This document shows, piece after piece, positions 1 to 13,450 of a DNA stretch of 64,000 nt (position 1 is its first letter; each line of letters starts with the position of its first letter). The stretch spans positions 30,680,213 through 30,744,212 of the forward strand of contig OZ234493.1 of the NCBI GenBank assembly GCA_965153455.1, read 5' to 3'. The notes under the pieces were generated by a model, which saw only the letters and a program-made list of their open reading frames with translations, was not told the origin of the DNA and ran no database searches. The DNA is from Sphagnum compactum. Taxonomy: Eukaryota. Both the position numbers and the translations under genes were made by a program.

Positions 1-1200
1 AGTTTTGGTAATTACCCATGTTGAACCAAATGGTACTCGTTTGCAACCCAAAGGTCTGTCAGCTATAGCAAAGGTTTATGGCAACAACATATTCCAAGGT
101 TTCCTGAAAGAAAACAACCTTGGAAGTAAACCGAGGTTTGATTGGTGCTTTGAATTTTCAGGGTCTCAAGCCAATTTCCTTACATGCCGATTCCCATTCC
201 TGCCTACCCTTCCCCAACTTCTTTAACCCAACAAACTTGTAATGGTTTTCTACAAAGCACTTTGAGCTTTTACTACATTCAATTCCTTCATCCCAACACC
301 AATATTAGTATCATTAGTGGCATATTGACATGCTTTACACATGACATGGCCAAAACAAGTGCCACTAAATGGTGCAACAAGTTACAATGGCACACAAGAT
401 ACAATACTGGTGAATGCAGAAACATGTGTGTTGAGGTTTATGCCTTCATCTTTAACACAAGTAATAATCTTGCTTGTGAGTTCATATTTAGTCAAAAGAA
501 ATTTCACCTATTTTTCCAATGTTTCAAAAAACCCGACTATAACATGGTAGGGGACCCAAGCATCATTAATAAAATTAATCACTAACGGGAACATATCAAA
601 ACCAATTCTAAACATCTAAAGGTCAAATGTACCAGTGGATGTATCACATTGTGCAATGGTTAGTAATACATGCATCTTCATCACCTTAGCCAAAATATTT
701 GGGATATGCCCCTAAATAAATTACTTTCATGAAGGAAATTTGATTCTATCACACTAGCGCATTACAAGATGATGCAATCAAGGATTTTCAACAAAAGATG
801 AAGGCATGTACCCTTTTACAATCAACAAAACCAAATCTTTTATAAACTTCTTCTGATTTAGATCATTTGGTTTGTAAGGGTTTTAGCCCCAAAAAAAACC
901 TTTTTTGGATCGCGTCATGCTACTGCTACTATTGGAAACTTGAACATTAGGGTGGCACAACATGCACCTCATGCTCTAGACAAGTTGAATTTAGACATGT
1001 GCAATTGGATCATTCAGTACAAAAAATGCCCAAACAAGGGAAACGTGGCTATGGGACTCTAAAAAATTTGGTTCTTTTATAGCTTAGTGAACAAAACACC
1101 CCATGTGTTTTGTTAAACATCAACTCTTTGAATCACTTTTTCAATTTCTACCTCTACAACGTTAAACGTGTCAACTCCTTGGATCAACTCGCTAGTCATG
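1..1200 (-). pseudogene. Decayed hAT-like transposase fragment
   Basis: The minus strand over ~230-480 reads KIITCVKDEGINLNTHVSAFTSIVSCVPL*LVAPFSGTCFGHVMCKACQYATNDTNIGVGMKELNVVKAQSAL*KTIT, with in-frame stops. It is colinear with the relic at ~11490-11760. hAT assignment is by resemblance and the boundaries are approximate. Confidence 0.6.
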
Positions 1201-1994
1201 CCACTACACCAAAATGCATCATAGTCCACTCTGGGTTTCATTAGATTTTGAGTGAATTTGGACATTTTTTATCATGGTGAAATTAGTCAACCCCTTAGTG
1301 AACTTGAACCAGTTGCTATGGACAGTGAATTGGTTCACTAGTACCTAATGAAACAAGGTTACTTTAAGTGTAATATAAATTTACCAGGCCATTCACTTGT
1401 TAGTTAATTAACTAGGTAGCATGAAAATCAATTAAATTTAAATTATTTAATATATAATATTATTGATAATTTCATGAATTTTTTAGCCTATGAGTTATTG
1501 ACACGTGTCACTACTTAGGTTACGTAAACCATGTAATCAACCTAGGCACCTACTTTAGGGAACTAAATAAGAAAATATTTGGTCAACTTACTACTATTAA
1601 CCACTAACACACCACTTGTGAAGTTTGATCCCTTGATTTTTAGAATGGAAACAAACACCCCTACCATCAAACCACCTCACTTGTTGCAAAAAATGTTACA
1701 TTACATTCTATTTATCAAATACTTCGTTTTGAACATTACAAAAACATAAACTTTGAAAATTCATATTTTATTGAGATTTTGTCCAAACGAAATTATTCGA
1801 ATTTACTTTTTAAAAAAATTCATTAATGTACATAATTACATTTATTTCCTTTTGAAAGTGTAAAATCATTTGAATAATTTTGTTTGAATATCACTATTCA
1901 ATAACATTCCAATGACCATTTTTTTGAAAAAGAGAATGTTTAATAAATGGATAAGATTTTTGCTAATATAATAATATTACCTATGTTAAAATTA

Positions 1995-3650
1995 TTTTTA
2001 GCTATTATAAGGCTACTTTTCATTAATCTAAATTATTTCACCCTACATTTTTTATGGTTATTTATGGTTATTCTTAATTACTTTTGGCTATTTTATGTTA
2101 TTTCACCCTAGGCTACTTTTGGTTATTTTAAGTTATTTTTGGCTATTTTATGTTAATTTTGACAATTTTAACCTAGTTCACCTTAGGTTATTTTCGGCTA
2201 TTGTAAGTTATTTTTGGCTATTATAAATTATTTCACTTTAGGCCATTTATAACTATTATAAGTTTTTTTTTGTTATTTTAAGCTATTTCATCTTAGGTTA
2301 TTTTCAATTATGTGAGGCTATTGTTGGTTACTTTTGACTATTGAAAGTTATTTCACCTCATGCAATTATTAGCAATTTTAAGCTATTATAAGTTATTTCA
2401 CCTTAAATTACTTTTGTTTATTGTAGATTATTTCACCTTGGATTATTTTTGGCAATTTTAAGCAATTATAATATATGGCTATTGGTGGTTATTCTATTGA
2501 TGGCTATTGGTTGTTCTTTTATTGGGGTTATTATGACTATTAATGATTATTTTATTAATGATTATTGGTAGTTATTTTATTGGTGGTTATTTTATTAATG
2601 GTTATTGGTGGTTATTGGTGGTTATTTTAGGTTAAATTACCATAGGCTATTAATGGCTATTGGTGGTTATTCTATTAATGATTATTATTAGTTATTATAT
2701 TAGTGGCTATTGGTGGTTATTCTATGTTAAATTACCATAGTCTATTAATGGCTATTGGTGGCTATTCTATTAATGGCTATTATTAATTATTATATTGGTG
2801 GCTATTGGTGGTTATTCTATGTTAAATTATCATAGGCTATTAATGGCTATTGGTGGTTATTTTAAATTAAATTACCATAGGCTATTAATGGCTATTAGTA
2901 TCTATTATATTGATGGCTATTGGTGGTTATTAATGGCTATTAATTAGTGGCTATTGGTGGTTATTATATTAATAGATATTGGTGGTTATCCTTTTAATGG
3001 TTATTATGTTAGTGATTATTGGTGGTTATCCTTTTAATGGTTATTATATTAGTGGCTATTGGTGGTTATTCTATTAATAGATATTGGTGGTTATCCTTTT
3101 AATGGCTATTATATTAGTGGCTATTGGTGGTTATTCTATTAATGGATATTGGTGGTTATCCTGTTAATGGTTATTATATTAATGGTTATTAGTGATTAAA
3201 TTACCATAGGCTATTGGTGGTTGTTGGTGGCTATTTTATTATAGGCCATTGGTGGTTAGCTATTGATGGCTATTGATGGCTATTCTATTGGTGACTATTA
3301 GTGGTTATTTTATTAATGGATATTGGTGATTATTCTATTAATGGTTATTCATGGTTATTATATTAGTGGCTATTGTTCATTATTTTAGGTTATATTATGA
3401 CTATTGGTGGTTATTGTATTATAAATTATTATTGGTTATTTTATGTTATATTACGATTATTGATTACTATTCTATTATAAATTATTGTTGGATATTATGG
3501 GTTATATTATCATAGGCTATTGGTAGTTATTACATTGTCAGTTATTCTAAATTATTTTTCATAGGCTATTATTGACTATTATAGGTTATTTTACCTTAGG
3601 TCATTATATTTTATTTTAGATTATTTTAAGTTATTATATTTAGGATAAAA
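1995..3650. repeat. Degenerate GG(C/T)TATT / GGTGGTTATT satellite
   Basis: About 1.6 kb of reiterated ggctatt/ggttatt/ggtggttatt units, with a higher-order ~60-bp period around 2940-3190. Confidence 0.9.
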
Positions 3651-4359
3651 TAATTTATGATAACATAAAATAAAATGACTTAAAATAACTTAAAATATAA
3701 CTTGAAATAACATATATTAACTTAAAATAAAATAAGTTAAGGTATAACCTAAGGTTAGTTGAATAATTTAATTTAAAAATACCTTAAAAGCTTATAATAA
3801 ACTAGCTAGGATACCTTGAGGTAAAATAACATATAATAGTTTAGGGTATAATAATTTATAATAACTTACAATAACGTAGGGTATAAATAGAATAACTAAA
3901 GTAGCCTAAAATAATATAAGGTATATCATAAAGTAACATATATAGGGTACTTAAAACAACATAGTAATAAACTTATTTATTACAATAAATTATAATAGTG
4001 AATTATGTCAATTAGTAATGAAACACAATATTTACATAATGATATTATAGTGAAATAATTTTAACCAAGGTGAAATCATTAAAATGCAATGAACTTATTT
4101 CACTTTTAAAGTCCTATAGTGATTTAGGTTAACGAACTACACCCCACTTTTGTAGTAGTGTGCTGATGACACTAGTGAATTATAGTTAAGGTTGTCCTTG
4201 CATCCATGCGTCCGTAACGACACAACGAACACATCTAGACTTAAACGCAACCCTATGTCATGTTAGTATAGGATCAATTTAGGTCAACCTACAATTAACT
4301 TAAGTCAAAGGCCATCTTGAATGCCTTAAAGCAAGTTTATGGGCAACCAAAAAGGCAAT

Positions 4360-5770
4360 AGTTTTGGTCGTTGTAAACCCTAAGGCGACTGAAATGTTTT
4401 TTGGTCACCACACAATTTTAGTCGCCAAATAGTTAATGACTAAAAACTTTCAATCATCTTATGTATGGTGATCAAAACCCTCTTCTGATCACCATATGTG
4501 AAGTGACTGAAAATTTTCAATCATTAACTGTTTGGTGACTGAAACTTTTATTGATTGGCAATGACTGAATTTTTTGGTCATTGGCTATTATAATTGTGGT
4601 CGCCTTCAATTACCCCGCACAAACTTGATGAGAGCTTTCCAAAAACATATTACATGCTCCATTTCCAAATTTAATTATCAATGAGCAAAAAAAATTATTC
4701 ACCATCCAATGTTCAAGTTTTCTTGGACAATGACCAAAACACCATTTTCGGTCACCATATGTCAAGCAACTAAAATTTTTGTCACCAATAGTTTGGCAAT
4801 TAATACCCTTTTTTGGTCACCAGTAGCTTCATTATTGAGTTTTTAGTCGCCTTAATTTGGTTACAACACATAGAGTTTGACAAGAGCTTTCCAAAAACAT
4901 ATTACATGCCACCTTTCCAAATTTATTCGCTAGCAATCGAAAAATTTCACTCGCCATCCAATGTTCAAGTTTTCTCAAATGGTAATCAAAATCCATTTTC
5001 GGTCACCAATAATTTGGCAACTGAAACCTTTTTTTGATTGCCAGCCACTTTTGTTTTTATGTCCTTAGTGATTGAATTTTCTATTGCAACACATAAAGCT
5101 TGATGAGAACTTTCCAAAAACATATTACATGCCCCTTATTATAGCTTTTCAAATTCAGTTGCCGATGACCAAAACATTTCGATCACCATCCAACGATCAA
5201 GTTTTTTGGATAGTGACCAAAACCCATTTTCAGTCACCATACGTAAGGCGATTAAAAGATTTCAATCACCAATAGTTTGGCTACCAAAAACTTTCAGTTG
5301 CTAACGATTATTATTTTCGCCACATGTAGTGTTCATTAAAAGCTTTCCAAAAAATATTACATGCTGAAATTTTTTGGTCACTAGCTTTTAGTCGCCATAG
5401 TCAGTGACCAAATATTTTCGATCTGCCCAAAAAACAATTTGCGAGCTACTTGATCAATGGGTATTGTCGATTAGAAAACTAAAATTCTTTAGGTAGTTCA
5501 CAAATGTTTTTTGGGTGATCTGAAAAATTCGGCTACCAATTGTGGCAATTGAAAGTTAGCGACTGAAATTTTTTGGTATGTAATATATCTTTGGAAAGCT
5601 TTTGATGAGCACTACGCATGATGATCAGAGGCGACCAAAAATTTAATCGTGAATGACAGAGACTAACAATTAGTGACAACCAAAAGTTTTCAATAACTAA
5701 ATTGTTGGTAATCAAACAAATTTAGTCACTTGACATATTGAATCCATTTTCGATCACCATACATAACTGG
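4360..5770. repeat. Complex ~230-250 bp tandem and inverted repeat block (probable subterminal repeats of a non-autonomous DNA transposon)
   Basis: The motif AGCTTTCCAAAAACATATTACATGC or close variants occurs direct at ~4633, ~4885, ~5108 and ~5341, and inverted at ~5577-5600. Many GGTCACCA/GTGACTGAAA sub-repeats lie in both orientations. Confidence 0.7.
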
Positions 5771-8700
5771 GGCAACCTAGGTGTAATTTTTTTTTCGTGT
5801 GTTCAGTTTTAATGGACACGATTAACATGTCAAGATGGTCACCAACATGACATTTGACACAAAATGGCCATGTCACGTCAGTTTTGACAATGATGATTGT
5901 AATAACACACTTTCATTATGAAACGCTTCGTAATCAATGTCATAATAAACATCAAAGTCCATGGAGAGATATGAGAATGTAAACCAAGGTGATGTAAAAC
6001 CTCAAAAAACCCTAACAAAAGGAACATTTGCAAAACACAAAAATTATAAGTGTCACATGCAAAGCATTACAATAATGATGAAAATTGTCAAAGATACACA
6101 CAAGGAAACCAACCACCAAAACAACAATATCACAAAAACACAAATAGGCATTTTGTTTTGCTGATTATTATTCATAACTCATGACATTTGGAATTGTCAA
6201 AAAACAATAACATAAACACTTAAAAGCTCAAAATTGGAAAAGTTTAACAAAAATTTACATTGCTTAGGCTTTGAGGAAGCTTGAGCAACAATCGCATTGA
6301 AGCAATTGCAAGTGCCAAAACAGAAAGTGTTACACCATAATTGATAACGTCATTGCTTTCAACTCTAAACTTCACAACATTGCAACTCAAAGCACATAAT
6401 CATACCAAGATCAATACTAGGAGAGAATGCAACCTTAAACATGCAACATTGGTATGCACTTTGATATTTAAACCTTAAAACCAAGCTAGTTGAATCTCTG
6501 GCTAGTTTTGGTGAAATACACACCAAGGGTATGCTGGTATTTAACTGGTACTAGGTGGATCAATATCAAACTGATTGGGATTATCGTACTAGTGCATATA
6601 CTAAAGTGCAACCTATATTCCAAACCAACATTAGTTATGACTACACTCATTCTTCTTGTGTTTGTTTTATGTTTGGTTAAAATTGATAAAATGGTTACCT
6701 CTTAAATGTTATTGTGGAATTTTGAGTGCAATCTTATAAATATGTTGGAATGGTATCCAAACCAATTTCAACTTGCCTTTAAAGTTTTTAAAACTTAAAA
6801 GATATCACCACCAAGAGAAAATGGGAAATTTTCTATTGACATAATATATGAGTAATCTTTATAAAGATGTCCACAAATATTATATCACATGGGATGGAAC
6901 GAATGGTGGTTTTGGGTGTTGCTGCTTAAAACAAATTTAATTTTGACATTAACTTAACTTATTTTGTGAAATGTTCCTTTAGCACCCCAAGTCTTTTTTG
7001 TCAATATCTTATTATTCATAAATGATCCCTTCAAAAAACTAGAATGCATGTGCCAAAGATTGTGTTTTGAATGGTAAAACTTCCCAATAAAGCACATTCA
7101 AATTTTCCACATATTGCAAGCAACAATAGGCCACCAATGTTAATTGGGTGTTATGATGCAAATTTACTTACCATGATTGGGTGAAAGTATGATTGAATGA
7201 TATCACAAAGAACCATCTCAAGGAATGGGAAAACTAATAAAATTGGACAATTAATATTTTTGGGCCTTTTCCTTTAAATTTCTTAGAACTATATATATAC
7301 ATATATTATTGTCATGTTATCCATTGCATGCCAAAATATTTGATTTAAAATTTTCGTTGGAACAAAACAATACGGGAATTGTTATAAATGCATATTCCTA
7401 ATTGCCATGGCCTTTTCAAAAATCATTCTCTTGAATTTTGGAAATTCATAATTAAATTAAATATATTCAATTTATTACCTAATAAAAAATCAAATAGAAT
7501 ACCATCTAAAGTATCTTTCAAAATGATATCTCAAAAAACAAACCACTTGTTTCAAAAATGTTCATGACTAAAAAATTCAATGAAAGTAATCACCCTTACA
7601 TTCTTTAATCGTTTTATAAATGCATCAATATAAGCATTAAAATTCAAAATACTTATTATATGATTAAAATTTCAAAATTTAAACAACCTCCTTAAAATAT
7701 TTAACAAAATTTGTATTGAAAGCTTTTATTTAAATGTTTCCTATATTTTTCTCAAGTTTGATGGGTCTAGAAAAATGAATGTGTGATGTTCCTTGCGGTA
7801 CCACCTAATCATATTTTCACATGGTTGTTCAATAAGTCTAAAATTACAATAGAAGGTAGGAATTGCTAAAATACCATTACTTCCATTATTTTAAAAGCTA
7901 TATATATATATATATATGGGTTGAAGCACAATTGGGGTACCCCTTTAAGAACATTAAGGATTCATTCCTAAGGATTCAAATTCACCTTTTTCTTCACTTT
8001 CCTATAACCTATCTTAAATTTCCCTTTTTTTCTCATGTCAAATGAAATAATTTTGTTCCAAATTTTATATAGGCATCTAAATAAGTACAAGTTCATTACA
8101 AGTCATGGATGAACATTCATATGAATGAACTCCATGGCATGACAAGTTTTTACTTCATCACCATCATTAAGTTCTTGTTGATCATCATTGTTATTTGTAT
8201 TTTACATCACCATCACCACGTTTTTGGATGCATGTTAAGTAAGTCTCTTTTAAACTCACCTTTTATCTTATTACTTTGTGTTGAAGTTTTTGTTTTCTAC
8301 TACATTGTCGAATTTTTTGTTGCAAAATGTTTATGGTCATCATGACGGACAATGTTGTGTTAAGGTAAGTTTTTCTTTTTTGTTTCTCATCAAGATTTAC
8401 ATTGCAGTACTTGGATTGAGTTATGTGCTACAGTAAAACATTGGGTGTCATCGTGGTAGTGAAACAATGTTGCAACCTTTTTTTTGCTACAATGGGGTCA
8501 TCATCATGGCCATTGCAATAGTCATTGCATGTTGCAACCTATAGGTAAGTATTTGTCCTTTCTCCATTGAACCTTTTTTTCTTTCTTTTTTTTTTGCGTG
8601 AAAAACTTTTTTTTTTGCCATCGTGTTTAGCAAATCACATTGAATGGTAGCTTGTTGTGTTGTAATTTTTTTTAGGTCAATAGAACATAGGCATGTTTGT

Positions 8701-8959
8701 TGTGTGTTATAACCTTTTATTGTTGCAGCAGAACGCATGCATCATTGTTGTGGTCATTGCGATAGTCATCATAATGGAAATGTCATGTGCTACCATTTTT
8801 TTGTTCTAGCAGAGCATTAGGTGTTGTTATGGATCATTGTGGTGGTCATTGTGGTGGTCATCTTGTGTTGCTTGTAAATTGCAGGTAAGTTTTTTTCTCT
8901 CCATCACTTTTTTTTGTTAGTTTTTTACATCAGTAAGGATTTTACCATGTAGCGGTGCT

Positions 8960-9360
8960 TCTAATACTAAGTCTTTATGATGGATACAATTCCATTGAAC
9001 TTCTTGTTGTGTAAGCTCTATGTCTTTTTTTCTAGTAAACATAGCAATAACATTTTTTCCATGCAACAACTACAACTTTTAGTAAGTCTTTGTGATAGAT
9101 GAAATGCCATTGTGTTCCCATGCATGTGTAAGCTTCATGTCCTCATTATTTTGTAGACAATAATAAGGTTTTTTCCATGCAATAGCTTCTAATAAGTCTT
9201 TGTATGCCATTGAATTCCCATCCATGTGTAACCTTTGTGTCCTTTTTGTCGCAATTTTTTACATCAACAAGGTTTCTAGCATGTAGTAGCAACTTTTAAT
9301 AAGTTTTTGTGATAGGATGCCATTGAATTCCCATACATGTATAAGCTTTATGTCTTTTTT
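8960..9360 (+). repeat. Four degenerate ~110-bp tandem repeats
   Basis: taagtctttgtga..gccattgaattcccat.catgtgtaagctt.atgtc recurs at ~8970, ~9082, ~9193 and ~9300. Confidence 0.7.
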
Positions 9361-9687
9361 TGTGTAAATAATAACAAATGAAACAAAGCCTAGCATATAA
9401 GGTTATTTACAATGGCATGCACAAGTGCCACACAACCTATAACAATTGTTTCATGTGATAATGATATTGATTTTATGTTTCAATCTGAAATTGAACTTGG
9501 ATCACAAGAGGCATCAAATGCAACTTGGGAAATCCTTATTCCAAAGCTGGTGGTCAACAAAAATTTACGGTCTCCTAATCATTGAACATCAACCTATTGG
9601 GCTTTTTTTGTGGTGAATGATGGTGTAGTAGTGTACATCTGTAACCCATAGATGATGTAAGTTTTATTGTCACCCTACTCAATTGGA

Positions 9688-9800
9688 CACTATGAGAAAT
9701 CATGTCTTTTGCAACTTGTCCTATGCAACTAAAAAATGTCCTTTAGAACTAGTTTCCAACTGAATAGGACAAGTTGCAAAGGACATGATTTCTCATAGTG
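9688..9800. mobile_element. 113-bp CACTA mini-element
   Basis: TIRs of ~37 bp (CACTATGAGAAATCATGTC.TTTGCAACTTGTCCTAT and its reverse complement) and a 3-bp TSD GGA (9685-9687 / 9801-9803). Confidence 0.85.
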
Positions 9801-10068
9801 GGAGCTCTTTGATGTTTAAGGAAAACATAAAGGGCTTGTGAACTATAACAAGAACCATGACACAAACATTTTGAAAAAACATGCATGTCATGAACATCCA
9901 AATTTGTACAAAAAATGGGGATTATTTTTGTTGTAGAGGGTTATAGAAACCCAAAGTGAAAAATAGGGTACAAAGAAGAGGACAATTGTCCCCCTTTTTC
10001 AAATCACAGATTTTTTTGGCAACCAATGGCTTTACCACAAATTAGATCCTTTCAAGTAGGCCTTTTTG

Positions 10069-11093
10069 CATTAGTCGAAAATGGCCATTTTGCGACTGGT
10101 CCATGCGACTAATTTTTAGTTGCAAACGACATTTGCAACTAAAATCTTAATTGTTGCGTTGGACAAGTTGCATTGACATTAGTCGTAAACAACAACAAAT
10201 TTTGGATGAAAAAAAAAGTCAATAAAATACACTTTCATCCTTTGACTAGTCATATACATATTGTCGTTTGCAACTAAAATGTGACTTTTTTGGTGAACAA
10301 TGGGAACAAGTTATTTGCTGCCACATGTCCCAACTCTTAATAATTAAAAATATTTTATTATTATTTTGAAATAATCTAAGATGTTTAGTTTTTATGTTTG
10401 GATGGTTTAGATTGTGACACGTGGTGCAATAAAATTTTGCCACATGGCATATTAATTGAGAATTTCCAAATTAAATTTAAATCAATATTTAAGTATGTAG
10501 GTTGCACTAGGTACTTACCCATATACCTACATATATATATAAAAGATAATATTAATAAAAATAATAATAAATGTCATTTGTAATATTTTAAGAAGTATAT
10601 GGTTTGGATAAACTTGTAATATGGGCACAATATATTTAACAAATATCTTATGTACAATTTTGATATGCTCAAAATATATACCATTTAATGTAACCATAAT
10701 ATCGAAGCCATTTATGATAATAATAATATTTGAATACACATCTAATATGGTTGTTTATATACATTCAAAATATACATTTATAAATCCTAATATATCCAAC
10801 TATATTCTTTAAAATTCACAAAATATACTTTTATATACTTATAGGGTTAAAACTAAATTGGTCACATTTGCAATTAATGGGACATAAATTGTTCTTCTTG
10901 GATGAAAACTAAACTAAATGTTGTTCACATGGAAGGATGAACACCAAAATAGTTGTAAACTAATTGCAATGTAGTTGCAAATATGACCAACACAAGAAAT
11001 AGTTGCAAAAATGTTCAAATGTAGTTGCAAATAATTGATAGTCACATGTAGTTGCAAAGATATTGGTTACATTTTGGCCAATTTCTACTAGTG
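10069..11093. mobile_element. Non-autonomous CACTA element
   Basis: Termini CATTAGTCGAAAATGGCCA ... TGGCCAATTTCTACTAGTG, TSD TTG (10066-10068 / 11094-11096), and subterminal AGTTGCAA/TTGCAACT repeats. Removing it restores the host reading frame. Confidence 0.8.
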
Positions 11094-12666
11094 TTGGAGG
11101 ACTTGGTTTTCTATGTTGTAAAGGGTTACGAGCCTTTGTTTTCTGTTGAAAATTAATGGTTGTAGTGTTTGGTTTTGTGGTAGTGTGGGCGTGTACATTT
11201 TCCATCCCCTCACCAAATGTGACTGAAATGCTCCCAAATATGGTGGAAGTAGCTAGGGAGATATGTGTCATCCCAACCTTTGCATCTTGTATTATTTGTA
11301 CATGTTCATTTGACCTTTGGATGTCTCGTGCGGGCTTTGATACCTTTGTTAGTGTTGTGAGCTTCATCAACACTTCATAGGAACCATGTCATGTTACAAT
11401 TGGGATTTTTGAAATATATAACATTGCAAGTGCAATAATGGCAAACCAAGTAAAATCTTTATTGGACTCCTTTGGCTTACTTGGCAAAATAATTGCATAC
11501 ATTAAGATGAAAGGTCTAATTTAAACACTTTGACTTTTGCATAAACTTTTGTTGTTTTTTATAGACCTTTCAACTACCATGCCCATTTGTAAGGTCATGT
11601 TCTAGGCATGCCACATCAAAGGTAGCTCAATATGTTATTAACAACAATAAGGTTTTGTTAGTTTTTCAGAAGTTATCTTAAGAAAAGTTCAATCTTCATT
11701 GCAAAAAACCATTACTTGGACCAAAAAATCTAGGAAGGGGCGACATGAGTGGGAAAAAGGACTACCTATTAAGATGTTGAGAACTACAATGAAGACATGA
11801 TTCGAGAATTCAAATCAACTCATTTTCATCATAAAAAATTGGCCTTGTGATGGTCGTGCTGGGTGTGATGGACCTTTGAAGCTTAAAATCATGGCTGAAT
11901 TTCTAGAAAAGGATTTTACTACAATTGAAGAGCACATTAGATTGATTGAGGAACAAGACTTCTTTGAAAAAAATTCAAGCTTTGAATTTAGCTAATTTTA
12001 GCTTTAATTTTTTGCTTTCATCTTCAATTTGTGTTGTTTTTAATTAACATTTTTCTTGTGCAATCAAAATTTTAATTCTATTTTTTTCTTAGTGTATTTG
12101 CAACATTGGAGTTGAGGATTGAAGATTTGCTTTTGTGTTACAACATATGTATTCCCTACCTCACATAATTTTCAATTTCCTATGATGAAATGGGCTGAAC
12201 TCGAAAATGATTTAATGGTTTTCAATGTGGGTTCATTATTTAGGGTTGGAAGTTGCGAGGTTTATGTTTTGGAATCAGATGTGTGACTAAAACCTAAAAC
12301 CTTTTGTGAATTTTGTTATTCATATGTTACATTTGTTATCCTTCTACAAGTGTTTTTGGGGCATGTGCATTGTTCTAGGAGGTCAATTTTGTTTTGTTTC
12401 GCAAGTAATATGTCTTCATTTGTGGTTGGATTTGTCCATAGATTATAAAGTTAGTTGTTGATTGTGTTTAGTTGTGGTTGGAATTCTCCCCATATTTGAA
12501 GGTCAATTGATTATGTTTAGTTATGGTTGGATTTGTCCCTGGATTTTGAGGTCAGTTGTTGATTTTTTATGATTGGAATTATGTCCAATCCATTTTGTTA
12601 TCAATTTTCACATGTGCGTTGAGGACTTCTGTCATTTGTAATGTTGATGGTATTCTAATGTCAAAT

Positions 12667-13450
12667 GGGTCAAAACACATGCAAAGGAGCCACGAAGGGC
12701 ATTGGATGTCAGATTTTATCACATTTATCTAATTTACATATAATAACAAATTAGATAAATATAATTCACAAATATTATAGATTTTTGTTTTTTTTGGTCA
12801 TTTGAAACTATGGTAATCATGGCAATTTTTTTTTTTAACACACATGAATGTCAAGAAATTCAAATCAAATATTTATTTGATCCAATTTTAGGATTTGGTT
12901 TAGTTAAGGACTTTTGAAAGTGAAAATTTTTGTCATTAAAAAATGACATTTTTACAAACGACTTTCAAAGGACTTTTATAATAAAAGTAAGTTGATAGCA
13001 AAAAAATGAGATGATAATCACCTATAGGCTATTAAATGTGCACTGAAAAAACATTCACAATTTCAAAAATGTGGATTATAAAACTTTGAAAATTCAAAGT
13101 ATGTACATTTGAAAATCCAAAATTAAAAAACTTCAAAAGTGTTTTACCACATATAAATGGGGTATAATATACATGATGTATTGAACAAAATTGTAGTTTA
13201 TAGTACATTAAATTCAACTTTTAAAAATTAACATTTTTTGATATGATTTCAAGTTATCATCATTTTTCAAAATGAAACATAAAATCTACAAGGAATTTCT
13301 ACATTTTTACAAATTCATATTTATTAAAAATGATTAAAAATAAAAACATATTGGGGTAATTTTAATCATTTTTCATAACAAATTATTTTGGAGAAAAAGG
13401 ACATGTAGTCCTAATGTAAAATAATGTTTATGGCTAGTGTGTTTTGACCC
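12667..13450. mobile_element. Non-autonomous TIR element (GGG termini, possible 4-bp TSD)
   Basis: Perfect 13-bp TIR GGGTCAAAACACA / TGTGTTTTGACCC. It is inserted in a repeat whose uninterrupted sibling (gtcaaatgcccaaaagc) is at ~13628. Confidence 0.7.

Larger units (their letters stand above)
9410..11990 (+). pseudogene. Decayed hAT-like transposase interrupted by two CACTA mini-elements
   Basis: Fragments read WAFF (~9598), KGLVNYNKNHDTNILKKHACHEH (BED-finger-like, ~9830-9897), AFL|EDLVFYVVKGYEPL (rejoined across the 10069-11093 insertion) and SSLQKTITWTKKSRKGRHEWEK (~11693-11757). It has many stops and frameshifts and is homologous to the relic at 1-1200. Confidence 0.65.
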
